The notes under the pieces: generated by a model
What the model was told of the DNA's origin: nothing
Database searches by the model: none
What the model saw: the letters and a program-made list of their open reading frames with translations, nothing else
Assembly: GCA_036785375.1 (NCBI GenBank)
Contig: JAWMAR010000153.1
Location: 3,844,001 to 3,908,000, forward strand
Direction of reading: 5' to 3'
Source of the DNA: Leucoraja ocellata
Taxonomy: Eukaryota
DNA: 64,000 nt
Shown here: positions 24,926 to 36,528 of the stretch, one piece after another
Numbering within the stretch: the first letter of the stretch is position 1
Layout: each line of letters starts with the position of its first letter
Program-made: the position numbers and the translations under genes

Positions 24926-26609
24926 CTTCTGATTCTCTAGTTCTGATCTCCCAACCCACCTCGGATTGGGCTTGCTCTTTTTTTGCTTATCTACAGTTTC
25001 TCTGTAACTAATGGTTCAATGCTCTGGCACTATATTTTGCAGAGTGGCATTTTATTCTGTTTGTGCTACCTTTTGTATTTGTCTATTGCTTGATTGTGCT
25101 CATATATAATACGATTTGGCTGTTTTTCACCACGTCTCAGTACCTGCCACAATCAGAAAAGAAAAAATGAAGAAAAAATAAACCTTCTAAGTTCTGAGTA
25201 GCTAAAGAGAAATTGTTGAAGTCTGATCCCTATCATTAATTAAGTTAATGTTATCATTTGATCCCAGCACAAAGTACACATTTCAAAGTGATTCATTTCC
25301 ACTCATTGAAGTGATGACTACATCAGGTGGAGTGAGAACTGGGGTTATTATTAATCTTGCGGTTAAACTCAAACGAAGGGAAATCTAATCATGACATTAT
25401 TCATTTGCGGAACCCTATCCAATATTGGAAAAAATCCAATATTTTCTGATGAAATAATCCATCTATATTTTCCAGTAACATTTCAATGTGTAAACTAACA
25501 TATTTGTGCTAATGCAAATCATCAAAGGGGAAAGAGCTCTCTGACGTGGATAAATAGCTCCTGTAAAGTGTGGGCAAACAATTCCTTGGATCAGCAGTGT
25601 AATTATACCCAAGGCCTGCACAGTAGAATTGATGTAATCAGCACCTGGTTGATAAATAAGAAGTCGGCATACAGCAGGTTGTTCTGCATCTGCTATATAA
25701 TTGTGTAGAATTATATTGACATTTCAAACATCTGCCTTGATTCCCAGTTCATATATACAGGCTAATTACCTAAATGAAGAAATATAATTAAAAATCTAAA
25801 TGCTGGTAGTCTGAAACATAGAAAATATTAGAGGCACTCAGCTCAGTGGAAAGAGAAAGGGTTGCTGGTATACAGAAATAATTTTGTGTCTCTTGAGCTT
25901 AATATTTAGTTTAATTTAGTTCAATTTAGAGATATAGCATGGAAACAGGTCCTTCTGCCCACCAGATCCACACTACCCATCGATCTCCCATTCACACTTA
26001 TACGCACACACTCCCTACGTGCTAGGGACAATTTACAGAGGCCAATTAACCTACAAACCCACGTATCTTAAAAGACTAAAAGCTGATTAAATACAGCTAA
26101 GTGGAAGTAGAGGCATAGAAACATAGAGAAACAGGTGCAGGAGTAGGCCATTCGGTCCGAGCCAGCCCCACCATTCAATATGACCATGGGTGATCATCTA
26201 AAATCAGTATCCCATTCCTGCTTTTTCCCCATATCCCTTGATTCCTTTAGCCCAAAGAGATAAATCTAACTTCCTCTTTAAAACATCCAGTGAATTGGCT
26301 TCCACTGCCGTCTGCGGAAGAGAATTCCACAGATTCACAACTCTCTGGGTGAAAAGGTTCGATTTATTACAGACAATAGTCAATAGGTGCAGGAATAGGC
26401 CATTTGGTGTTTGTTTGTGTATAATTACATCTTCTCGAAAAAAATGACAGGCTAACGGTAAAATTTGTACATATTCCGACATTTCCCCCCTGGAGTCCAA
26501 AATCGCCTTATCTGAAAATGTCTTGCTTTATTTCTCGAGTTATTAATGAAAATCTTCAAAAATCTGACACTTTGAAGTCTACGCCTTCTTGCTCGCGCTG
26601 CGAGTGTCG

Positions 26610-26915
26610 TCCCCCCACCCACCCCTCTCTCCTCCTTTGGTTGACCCCCACTGCCCGCTCTCCATTGCCTGCTCCCTGCTGCTCTCCCCTCCCCCCTCTC
26701 CTCACTGCCCCCTCCTCTCCCCCCTCCACTCCTTACCCCCCTCCTCTCCTCCTTCTCCTCTCCCCTCCCATCCACTCCCCCGTCCTCTCTCCTCTCTCCC
26801 CCTCTCCTCTCCCCTCCCGGCCTCTCTCCTCCCCCCCCCCCCACCAACTCCTTTCCCCTCCCCTCCTCTCCCCTCACCTCCACTTCCCCCCCTCCCCTCC
26901 ACTCCCCCCTCCCCC
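26610..26915. repeat. C/T-rich low-complexity tract
   Basis: Direct reading; it produces the spurious Pro-rich and Gly-rich ORFs in the track. Confidence 0.9.
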
Positions 26916-26929
26916 AGTCGCCACGCCAG

Positions 26930-27284
26930 CATCATCCCAGGGTGCACAAATAACAACGCCAGCAGCGCCCTGGTGATGCAGGATTGCGGCGCTCACACTC
27001 TGACCTCCGCTGTCGCTTCTCCTGAGCCTGCTCGGGTTGGACAGTTTCTTCGAACACTGCGGACTCGAGCCCGAGATGATCGAGAACCCGGCCAGGGAGA
27101 AATTTGCAGCCGACGCCGCCTTCGAAAGCCTTGCTGTCAAGTTTCGCAGCCGCTCCAGTGGATGAACAAGCTCCTGGCCTCTGCCCTCTCGGTCATCGAG
27201 CGCAACGCCAGGGTCATCCAGTGGCTGTACGGCTGCAAGAGGGCCAAGGAGCCCAACGGCAAGGCTCCCTCTGGCCTGGTGTAG
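26930..27284 (+). pseudogene. Decayed fragment of a FAM110-family gene (C-terminal conserved domain, FAM110D-like)
   Basis: Three consecutive frames give GLRRSHSDLRCRFS*ACS / LDSFFEHCGLEPEMIENPAREKFAADAAFESLAVKFRS / LSVIERNARVIQWLYGCKRAKE...*, matching the FAM110 motifs RS.SD, FF..CGL.PE, FRS and ERNAR.I.WLY. Premature TGA at 27023 and frameshifts near 27036 and 27150. Confidence 0.8.
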
Positions 27285-27384
27285 AATAAAAAAATATTGT
27301 GCCCCCATTTTTTTACTCTGGATTTTTTTTTACTATGGAAAAAAAAGGTGCACCCATTGCACCCCCCCCTTCCGATGGCCATGC

Positions 27385-28450
27385 ACATGGTATTGGCAGT
27401 ATGGATTGAAAATTGGTTGGCAGACAGTAAACAAAGATTAGGGATTAACGGGTCCCTTTCCGAATGGCAGGCAGTGACTAGGGGGGTACCGCAAGGCTCA
27501 TTGCTGGGACCGCAGCTATTTACAATATACATCAATGATTTAGATGAAGGGATTCAAATTTGCAGATGACACAAAGCTGGGTGGCAGTGTGAACTGTGAG
27601 GAGAATGCAATGAGAATGCAGGGTGACTTGGACATGTTGGGGGAGTGGGCAGATCATGGCAGATGAAGTTTAATGTCGATAAATGTGAGATTATCCACTT
27701 TGGTTGCAAAACCAGGTAGGAAGATTATTATCTAAATGGTGCCAAGTTGGGAAAAGGGGAAGTAAAATGGGATCTGTGGGTCCTTGCTCATCAGTCAATG
27801 AAAGTAAGCGAATGGCATGTTGGCCTTCATAACAAGAGGAATTGAGTATAGGAGCAAAGAGGTCCTTCTGCAGTGGTACAGGGCTCTAGTGAGACCACAC
27901 CTGGAGTATTGTGTGCAGTTTTGGACCCCTAATTTGAGGAAGGACATTCTTGCTATTGAGGGAGTGCAGCGTAGGTTAACAAGGTTAATTCCTGGGATGG
28001 TGGGACTGTCATATGCTGAGAGAAAGGAGCGTCAGGGCACGTATACTCTGGAATTTAGAAGGATGAGAGGGCATCTTATTGAAACATAAGATTATTAAGG
28101 GTTTGGACATGCAAGAGGCAGGAAACATGTTCCCGATGTTGGGGGAGTCCAGAGCCAGGGGCCACAGTTGAAGTATAAGGGGTAAGCCATTTAGAACGGA
28201 GATGAGGAAACACTTTTTCACACAGAGAGTTGCAAGTCTGTGGAATTCTCTGCCTCAGAGGGCGGTGGAGGCCGGTTCTCTGAATACTTTCAAGAGAGAG
28301 CTAGATAGGGTTCTTAAAGATAGAGGAGTCAGGGGATATGGGGAGAAGCAGGAACGGGGTACTGATTGGAAATGATCAGCCATGATCACATTGAATGGCG
28401 GTGCTGGCTCGAAGGGCCGAATGGCCTACTCCTGCACCTATTGTCTATTA
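27385..28450 (+). mobile_element. CR1 LINE 3' portion (RT and 3' UTR), decayed
   Basis: [41 protein letters not shown]; tail GGCCGAATGGCCTACTCCTGCACCTATTGTCTATT. Confidence 0.9.
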
Positions 28451-29593
28451 TAACGAGTTGAGAGTGCACCCTAGAGTGTGTCACATCTCTTGAAGAGTCA
28501 AGAGAATCAAGAGTGTTTTATTGCCATACGTCCCAAACAGAACAAGGAAACTCTTACTTGCAGCAGCCCACACCCACCTAAGACAAATGAACAATGATAG
28601 TGAAAAAGACAAGACCAATATGCCCAAGTCTATGTAGTTCAGAACTTATTTGGAGGTTGTAATGTTTAATAGCCTGATGGGTAGTGGGAAGTAGCTGTTC
28701 CTGAACCATTAATACTGATAGGCTTTGCTAATCTGCTGCATTCATACAGCATAAGTATAATTCCTTAACGTGCTTCTATATATAAAATATCCATCCCAGG
28801 TTGTTTCAAAATATGGCAAAATCAAATGTCAGAAAAGCACATTTCCTATGTATAAACCCAAATTCTCGATGTTCATGTCCATGTCATTGGAGCAGAATTA
28901 GGCCATTTGGCCCATCGAATATACTCTGCCATGCAATCATGGCTTTCCCTCTCAACTCCATTCTCCTGCCTTCTCCCCATAACCCCTGACACCATTACTA
29001 ATCAAGAACCTGTCAATCGCTGCTAAAAATGTCCAAATGATTTGGCCTCCACAGCCGTCTGTAGCATTGAATTCCACAGATTCACCACCTTCTGACTAAA
29101 GTTATTCCACCTCCTCTCCTTTCTAAAGGTACGTTCTTTCATTCTGAGGCTATGCCCTTTGATTTAGGTCTAGACCTTTAGTCATGGTTTACTGTTAAGC
29201 ATTGTAACACTGTAAATTGCGATATTAACATTTCAATGTTGCCATCACTCATTAAAATATAGTTACAAGCTCTGACCATTAGATGGCTCTAATGGCTGTT
29301 TTCTGAAATACATCAAATTAATTGCCATCAAATATTTAGGGAATCTGATCATAAACAATATAATTAAACTTTTGCCAGTTAATGTGAAAGCAATTAATAT
29401 CTGCATTAAAACATTGTAGTGCTTTTCAAAATTCATGTTACATTTTTCTCTGACTTTGTTATTAAATCTGATTCTCACTGATGCTACATTGAATAAGCTG
29501 TCGTTACCTTATATCCTTTTGGCCATTTCACAGGTAATTTAAGCTCTCCCCATTATGGCATTTGTTGATGTGCATCCTGCTCCTTCTGAATAG

Positions 29594-29895
29594 GTGGTCT
29601 TGGAGGGGAGGATGCTCCTCAAACTGCAGAGCATCTTGGAGAATACAGCTCACCCCCTCCATGACACACTAGTCAACATGAGGAGCACATTCAGCAACAG
29701 ACTGGTTCCACCAAGATGCAGGACAGAACGCCACAGTAGATCTTCCCTGTGGCTAACAAACTGTACAAACTCCTTCCCATTCTGTTGTGGGGTAGACTGA
29801 CTCTCCCCCCGACTCTCCCCCCACCCCCCCCCCACCCCCCCCCCCCCCCCCCCCCCCCTCTTCCCCTAGGATTAATAAAGTTCTATCGTGCCGTA
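29594..29895 (+). mobile_element. Rex1/Babar-like LINE 3' fragment
   Basis: MLLKLQSILENTAHPLHDTL...FSNRLVPPRCRTERH, poly-C tract and ATTAATAAAG tail. Confidence 0.65.
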
Positions 29896-30354
29896 TCCTA
29901 ACCAGAGATGTTGGGTTGGGTCATGTTATCCATAGATGCTACCTGAGCAGCTGAGTTACTCCAGCAATTTATGTCTTTTTTTTTGTAAACCAGCATTTGC
30001 ACTTCCTGATTTCTACTGTTCATGATGTTACTGGCAAGGACACATTAAGGCTATTGAAACCAATCATTGATCAGTCCCACTGAGGACAACGGACGAATAT
30101 TTGTGATAATTGGCCCTCATTAATACATGCAGGGATTAAGAGGCCATCTCCTGTATTTACATCTCAATAAAGGTCTACACCTGCCACTCAATGCACAGTT
30201 TGACTTGTCACTGTTTAATATTCTGTTATTTATGGGTACGGAGAATCATCCGTAAACACTTACAAAAGAAGTCTGTCCTCAAAAGCTTCTGGACCATCTA
30301 TGTGCATTACTTTGCCTCAACAAAGGTGTTTGAGCATTCAGAGCCTGGCTCGTC

Positions 30355-30750
30355 ACCATGAAGAAGGACCTGGCGGGCTGTGGCCTGCAGGGGGGAAGCT
30401 CAGAAGCTGCCGAGCTCGGTCCCGAAGACCTGAGAATCGAAAAGGTGCGATCCGCTGGCAACGGCGGATGCGAGGAGTGGGCCGGTAGGAGAGGGACCGG
30501 GGTATTGTCTCCAGCGCCTTTTGCCGGACACAAAGGGGGTCGGGCGAGGAGAGGGATGTCGGTCATGGGCTGAGCCGGTCGAGGGTGATGGAGGAGGCCC
30601 TGCAGCAGCCAGGGGCTTACCTGGATCAGCAGCTGCTCCAGTACATTGAGCACTTGTGAATGGCGCCAAAATGCAGTGACTCTTGCATGTGTGAACTATG
30701 CAAAAATAATTTCAATGTGCAGTGCACAGGGGACAACAAAGAACCATTGA
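30355..30750 (+). repeat. GC-rich interspersed repeat (second copy inverted at about 58385-58632)
   Basis: GTGGCCTGCAGGGGGGAAGCTCAGAAGCTGCCGAGCTCGGTCCCGAAGAC matches the reverse complement of 58562-58615. Confidence 0.65.
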
Positions 30751-30784
30751 ATGAGAGGTGTCTTGGCAGTTACCGTGTATTCCC

Positions 30785-31335
30785 ATCATTGTTCAACTTC
30801 TGTCAATGAGAAGCTATACTTCACCCTCGTTAGACCTCATTTGGACTACGCAGTTGCAGCATGGGACCCATACACAAATAAAAACATTTCTTCCATCGAA
30901 CGTGTCCAAAGACAGGCAGCTCGATTTGTTACTAACACCTATGAGAAGCGAGTGTTACCAAACTTCTGAATTCTCTGGGGTGGAACCCTCTCCAAGACAG
31001 ACGTGAAGCTCACCGTTTGACCTGTTTTTACAAAATGTTAAATGGTCAGCTCGACATTGACGAACACCAACCCAAACCAATTAGGAGCAGACGAGGGCAT
31101 TCGATCCAATTTATGATTCCAGCTACAAAGACAGATGTGTACAGCAATTCGTTCTTCCCCCGCACAATTAAAGCATGGAATAATCTCCACCCAACTATAG
31201 TTACCCAACCAGATGCAACTAAATTTAAAGTAGCTCTTTCTTCCCAATAATTCTTTCTGCCTTAAGTCCTTCCTCCACCACCTCCAGTTTAAATTCCATT
31301 TGGAATATTTTGGAGGACCAAGAAACCAAGAACCA
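30785..31335 (+). mobile_element. Divergent CR1-superfamily LINE 3' fragment
   Basis: LYFTLVRPHLDYAVAAWDPY...IERVQRQAARFV, then RRGHS...YSNSFFPRTIKAWNNL; ends in short CCAAGAA repeats. Confidence 0.75.
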
Positions 31336-31858
31336 TTGTAAAAATGTAATTCTGCAAAGCTACCTGTCTACACTCAAAATGTTAAAGCTAAGCATGAAAT
31401 TATAGGCATTGGAATAGTAGTTAATCAAAGTTAGGTAGGTAATTCTAACCATTGAATACTGAGGTTAATCAGTATCTGAAGTTCTTTGTTTCTATGTTAA
31501 TCATTTATTGTTGGCTCTATAGAGGTGGATAAAATCATGAGAGGAATAAATCGGGTGGATGCACAGAGTCTCTTGGCCAGAGTAGGCGAATCGAGGAACA
31601 AAGGAGGTAGGTAGGTTTAAGATGTAGGTTAGGGGAAAAGATGTATTATGAATCTGAGGGGTAACTTTTTCACACACAAAGGGTGGTGGGTGTATGGAAC
31701 AAGTTGCCAGAGGCAGTGGTGGACTGGCCAGGGTGTCAGCTTGAAGGGTGTCATGATGAAGTGGGCCCCCTTTGTCTCCTGGCAACCAATATTTTTAGAC
31801 AAAAATGCTGGAGAAACTCAGCGGGTGCAGCAGCATCTATGGAGCGAAGGAAATAGGT

Positions 31859-31886
31859 AACGTTTCGGGCCGAAACCCTTCTTCAG
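31859..31886 (-). ncRNA. Minimal hammerhead ribozyme motif in a 90-bp TSD-flanked mini-element
   Basis: Reverse complement CTGAAGAAGGGTTTCGGCCCGAAACGTT; element flanked by AATATTTTTAGAC at 31788-31800 and 31891-31903. Confidence 0.7.
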
Positions 31887-32189
31887 ACTAAATATTTTTA
31901 GACCCAGTCCGCCACTGGCCAGAGGAGATAGTTGAGGCTGGGACTATCCCAAGCTCTAAGATCTTTGATCCCAACATTTAAGAAAGAGTTGGACAGGTAC
32001 ATGGATAGGACAGGTTTGGGGGGATATGGACCAAATGTTGGCAGGTGGGACTAGTGTAGCTGGGACGTTACGTTGTTGGGTGGGAGGGCCAGGCTCCACA
32101 CTGGGTGACTCTCTAAGTTGCTGCTCCCCAAAGATACTAGAGGAGTATCCTCTAAAGATACAAAGATACTCTGCTCTATAAATCTCTGC

Positions 32190-32730
32190 TGCTCCCTGCG
32201 TGCAAGGAAAGCCCGCCCACCCACCGCGCGCGTCGCCAGCAAGGATCCTATAGGATGTCTGGTCGTCAGGTCCTGGGCCTGGCGGAGGCCGGCCGGGAGT
32301 AACCGGGCCTGTGTGTCGGGGAGGCGGCGGCAGCAGCAGCAGGTGAGCGGCCTGGCCCGGCCTGTCCTGTCCCGGTGAGAGCGGGGTTGCGCCGCCGCCG
32401 CGCTGGTTCCAGTGCCGGGGGGTGGGTGGGGGTTGTCGACGGGGCGGGGCTGAAGGAGAAGGAGGGAGAGAGTGAGGGAGAAAGAGAAGAAGGGGAAAGG
32501 GAAAGAAAGAGGAGAGAGAAGCAGGGGAAAGAGAAGGGGAAAGAAAGAGGAGAGAGAAGAAGGGGAAAGGGGAAGAAAAACAAGAGAAGGGAGAGGGAGG
32601 AGAAGAAAAAAGAAAGGAGGAGGGAGAAAGGGGAAAGAAGGAGCTGGAGCTGGGTCGGGCCCAGAGCCGGGCAGTGGCTGGGAGCGGTGCCGTGTAATGA
32701 GTGAGGCGCCGACCGGGGCTCTGCAGGTGA
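32190..32730 (+). promoter_or_regulatory. AMER1: CpG island with probable AMER1 promoter and non-coding first exon(s)
   Basis: CpG-rich, non-repeat-like GC segment with a GC box (GGGGCGGGGC near 32441); strong donors CAG|GTGAGC (32342/3) and CAG|GTGAGT (32726/7); matching acceptor at 44266 before the AMER1 ATG. Confidence 0.6.
32452..32643. repeat. Homopurine (GA-rich) tract
   Basis: About 190 bp that are almost exclusively G and A. Confidence 0.9.
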
Positions 32731-32738
32731 GTCTCCAG

Positions 32739-32772
32739 CAAAGATACTAGAGGAGATCCTCTAGTATCTTTG
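32739..32772. repeat. Perfect 16-bp inverted repeat with a 2-nt spacer
   Basis: CAAAGATACTAGAGGA-GA-TCCTCTAGTATCTTTG. Confidence 0.9.
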
Positions 32773-32786
32773 GTCTCCAGCAGCTG

Positions 32787-33215
32787 CTTCACTCATTCCC
32801 TCACTTACTCACCCCCTCACTCACCCACCCACTCACAAACCCACTCACTCGCTCACTCCCTCACTCCCTCACTCCCCCACTCACCCACTCACCCACTCAC
32901 ACCCACTCACTCACCCACCCCCTCACAAACCCACTCACCCCCTCACTCACTCACCCCCTCACTCACCCACCCACTCACAAACCCACTCACCCACTCTCTC
33001 CCACACTCCCTCACTCACCCACACACCCACTCACTCACCCACACCCTCACAAACCCACTCACCCCCTCACTCACTCACCCCCTCACTCACTCACCTCCTC
33101 ACTCCCCCCTGTCTCTCCCCCCCCCCTGTCTCTCCCCCCCCCCTGTCTCTCCCCCCCCTGTCTCTCCCCCCCTGTCTCTCCCCCCCTGTCTCTCCCTCAC
33201 TCACCCTCTCATTCA
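32787..33215. repeat. Low-complexity (TCAC/CCAC)n tract followed by a C-run/TGTCTCT minisatellite
   Basis: Direct reading; about 6 units of C(7-10)TGTCTCT at 33105-33197. Confidence 0.9.
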
Positions 33216-35010
33216 CCCTTCCAACATCACCATCACTGGGGCTGTAAACACTGTGCAGCCACTCCACAAAGTTTCCCCCAGTGTCATCAACAGGCAGACT
33301 CCCTCACCCCCCCCCCCCCCCCCCCCCCGTCAATTCTGTGCAACCGTGACATTTGTCTACAACCTCTCACCAACTACTCACCAGAGTAGGTGAAACGAGG
33401 ACAGAGGTTTGAGGTGAAGGAGAAAAGATTCATTAGCATTCTGAGGCCTTAACGTTTTTCACGCAAAGGGTGATGGGTGCATGGAACAGGCTGCCAGTGG
33501 AGGTAGTTGAGGCAGGGACTATCCCAACATTTAAGATACAGTTAGGCAGGTACATGGATAGGACTGGTTTGGAGGGATATGGACGACGTGCAGGCAGGTG
33601 GGACTGATATAGCTGGGACATTGTTGGCCGATGTGGGCAAGTTGGGCCGAAGGGCCTGTTTCCACACTGTAACACTCTATGAATCAATTGTACATGGGGT
33701 GGCTGGAGGGAGGATGCTTGGCCCACAGTGAGCTGTTTGCTGTTTTGGTGCCAGCGTGCCAAGAGTAAAACCACAGTGACACTATTGCTGTACCTTGGAG
33801 AGGGACCAAGCATTGTTTAAAGTGTCTGGAACCTGAGGGTAAGTTCACAATCTCCTGGTTGCCAATAACATAGCTGCACACTGCTTCCGAGTTACACCAG
33901 GGTTGTTTAAAAACAAATCCTGAAAAAAAATCTTACTTTATTCATCTGTTAATTTGGCCTGTTTATCATTTAAATTTAACCTGTGATATGTTTATTTTAA
34001 TGAACAATGCATAAAGTGTTGAATATAATAGTGTAGTACAGAGTCGTCTAATGATTTAATTATACTTTATTGTCACATGTACCTAGGTACAGTGAAATGC
34101 TTTGTTTTGCATGCAACCTGGTAAAATCATATATCAGACCTCACTTGGCAGTCCACAAGTGTCGCCATGTTTTGGTGTTGACAAAGGAGGACGGGGTGGT
34201 GTATCTGTGGAATTCTTTGCCACAGAATACTGTGGAGGCCAGGTCAGTGGATATTTTGAAGGCAGAGATAGATTCTTGATAGTACAGGTGTCTGAGGTTA
34301 TGGGGAGAAGGCAGGAGAATGGGGTTAGGAGGAAGAGATGGATCAGTCATGATTGAATGGCGGAGTAGACTTGATGGGCCGAATGGCCTACTTCTACTCC
34401 TGTTCCTTATGGCAGTAGAATTGAAATTAGGACTGTATTTTTAATTTTCCATTTATGGGCATAGATTAATATCTGGGATATTGCCTGGGATGACATCATG
34501 CAATAGATTTGAGTGGAAACGTGATTTTAAGCATCTGGTCAGTTTATTCTCTCTTCACTTTTTCTGATTATAAATTGTAAAAAATAACTTAATTGTAATA
34601 GATTGCTAGTTGGTGAAAAATGGATCTTTTGAATCGTGATTGCAATTTTGGTATTCATTGCACATCAGCTGTTTCAAAGTTGGGTGATACTAATATTCTA
34701 TCTTGACATGGGTTAATGCAATATATCAATACATTATTTATAGCATTGAAATAGAAACCATATCTCTAAGTAGAAATAGTTTAGATGTTAAGGGAATTAT
34801 GACAATGTTTGTTTTAAAATGGTGGGGAATAGGAAGGGTGGGATGCTGGTTGGCGTTGGTCTGTTTCTACACCCAAGACTGTGAAATCTAGTTCATTTTG
34901 TCCAGAGCTGTGTAATTATGCTATCTTGGTTATACACCTCACATAGCAGATATAGGTTTAAGGTGAGGGGAGAGAAAGTTTTAATAGGAACCTGAGGGTA
35001 ACTTTTTTAG

Positions 35011-36528
35011 GAGGTACAGTGTGTTCTGCGTAGGATCAATCCACGCAAGGCTGCAGGCCCGGATGGAGTACAGGGAAGAGTACTAAAGGACTGTGCTGTA
35101 CAGCTGGCGGAGGTATTCACGAGAATCTTCAATCTATCTCTATCTCTGGCAACGGTCCCCAAGTGCCTGAAAACAGCTACCATAGTGCCGGTGCCGAAAA
35201 AGTCCAAAGTCACCAACCTGAACGACTACCGCCCGGTTGCCCTAACTCCAATACCAATGAAGTGCTTCGAAAGGCTGGTCCTCTCCCATATCAAATCCAG
35301 CATCCCTGCCTCACTGGACTCTCATCAATTTGCATGCAGGGCAAATAGATCAACAGAGGATGCCATCTCTCTGGCTCTTCACACTGTCCTGACTCACCTG
35401 GACCGACAGGGAACGTACGTGAGGATGCTCTTCGTTGACTATAGCTCTGCATTCAATACGGTCATCCCCACCAAACTCCACCAGCTAGGCCTCAGTTCGC
35501 CGATATGCGATTGGATCCTGAACTTTCTGATGGAGCGACCGCAGGCAGTGAGATTGGGCCCGCACCTGTCCTCCACTATCACCCTGAGCACCGGCACACC
35601 ACAAGGCTGTGTACTAAGCCCCATGCTCTACTCCCTCTTCACTCACGACTGTGTTCCTGCATTCGACACCAACACCATCGTGAACTTTGCAGACGACACA
35701 ACAGTGATTGGGCTGATCACCAATGGTGATGAAACAAAATACAGAGCGGAGGTGCAGAACCTGGCGGACTGGTGCACACGTAACAACTTGTCACTAAACA
35801 CCTCCAAGACCAAGGAGCTGATTATTGACTTCAGGAAGTCCCATAATGGAGAATACGCCCCAATCTCCATTTACGGGGAAAGTGTGGAGAGAGTGTCCAG
35901 CTTTAAGTTTCTGGGCACTCACATTTCAGAGGACCTCACATGGTCCACCAACACCGCTGCACTGGTCAAGAAGGCACAGCAACGACTGTTCTTCCTGAGG
36001 ACATTAAAAAAGACACGTCTGCCCCAACAGCTGCTGACAACGTTCTACCGCTGCACCACAGAGAGCATATTAACGTATGGCATCTCTGTGTGGTATCTCA
36101 TCTGCACGGAGGCGGAGAGGAGACCTCTTCAGCGCGTCGTCCACAGAGCGCAGAGGATCATTGGGACAGAGCTACCAGCCTTGGAGGGCATCTACCACAC
36201 ACGGTGCCTCAGGAAGGCCGTCAGCATCCATAAAGACTCATCACACCCCTGTAACAGACTGTTCGAACTACTTCCCTCCGGCAGACGTTACAAGGTCTTC
36301 TACGCCCGAACCTCCAGACTCAGAAACAGCTTTATTCCAAGAGCTATAGCGGCTCTGAACCAGCGCTGCTGAGTGCCCCCCCCCCCCCCCCCCCCGGACT
36401 GTCTCCCTCGGATGGTCACGACACACAGCTTATTTATTTATTTTACTTTTCTTTTTCATCGGTTGGAGCTGCATACTAAATCTCGTTGCACTGACGTGCA
36501 ATGACAATAAAAGATATTATTATTATTA
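35011..36528 (+). mobile_element. Rex1/Babar-clade LINE, 5'-truncated, RT frame open 35011-36372
   Basis: [52 protein letters not shown] and SFIPRAI; 3' end GACAATAAA plus (TTA)n; nested in a CR1 fragment. Confidence 0.92.

Noticed and set aside
25150-25800. Repeat-free intergenic stretch as a possible conserved enhancer
   Set aside because: Only scattered E-box and AT-rich motifs; cannot be supported without cross-species alignment.
26452-26976. Pro-rich and Gly/Arg-rich ORFs on both strands
   Set aside because: Artefacts of a C/T low-complexity tract; only the downstream FAM110-like part has recognisable motifs.
31956-33393. ORFs of 278, 207, 109 and 105 aa around the CpG island
   Set aside because: They arise from GC-rich, GA-rich and (TCAC)n low-complexity sequence lacking stops; no domain is recognisable.
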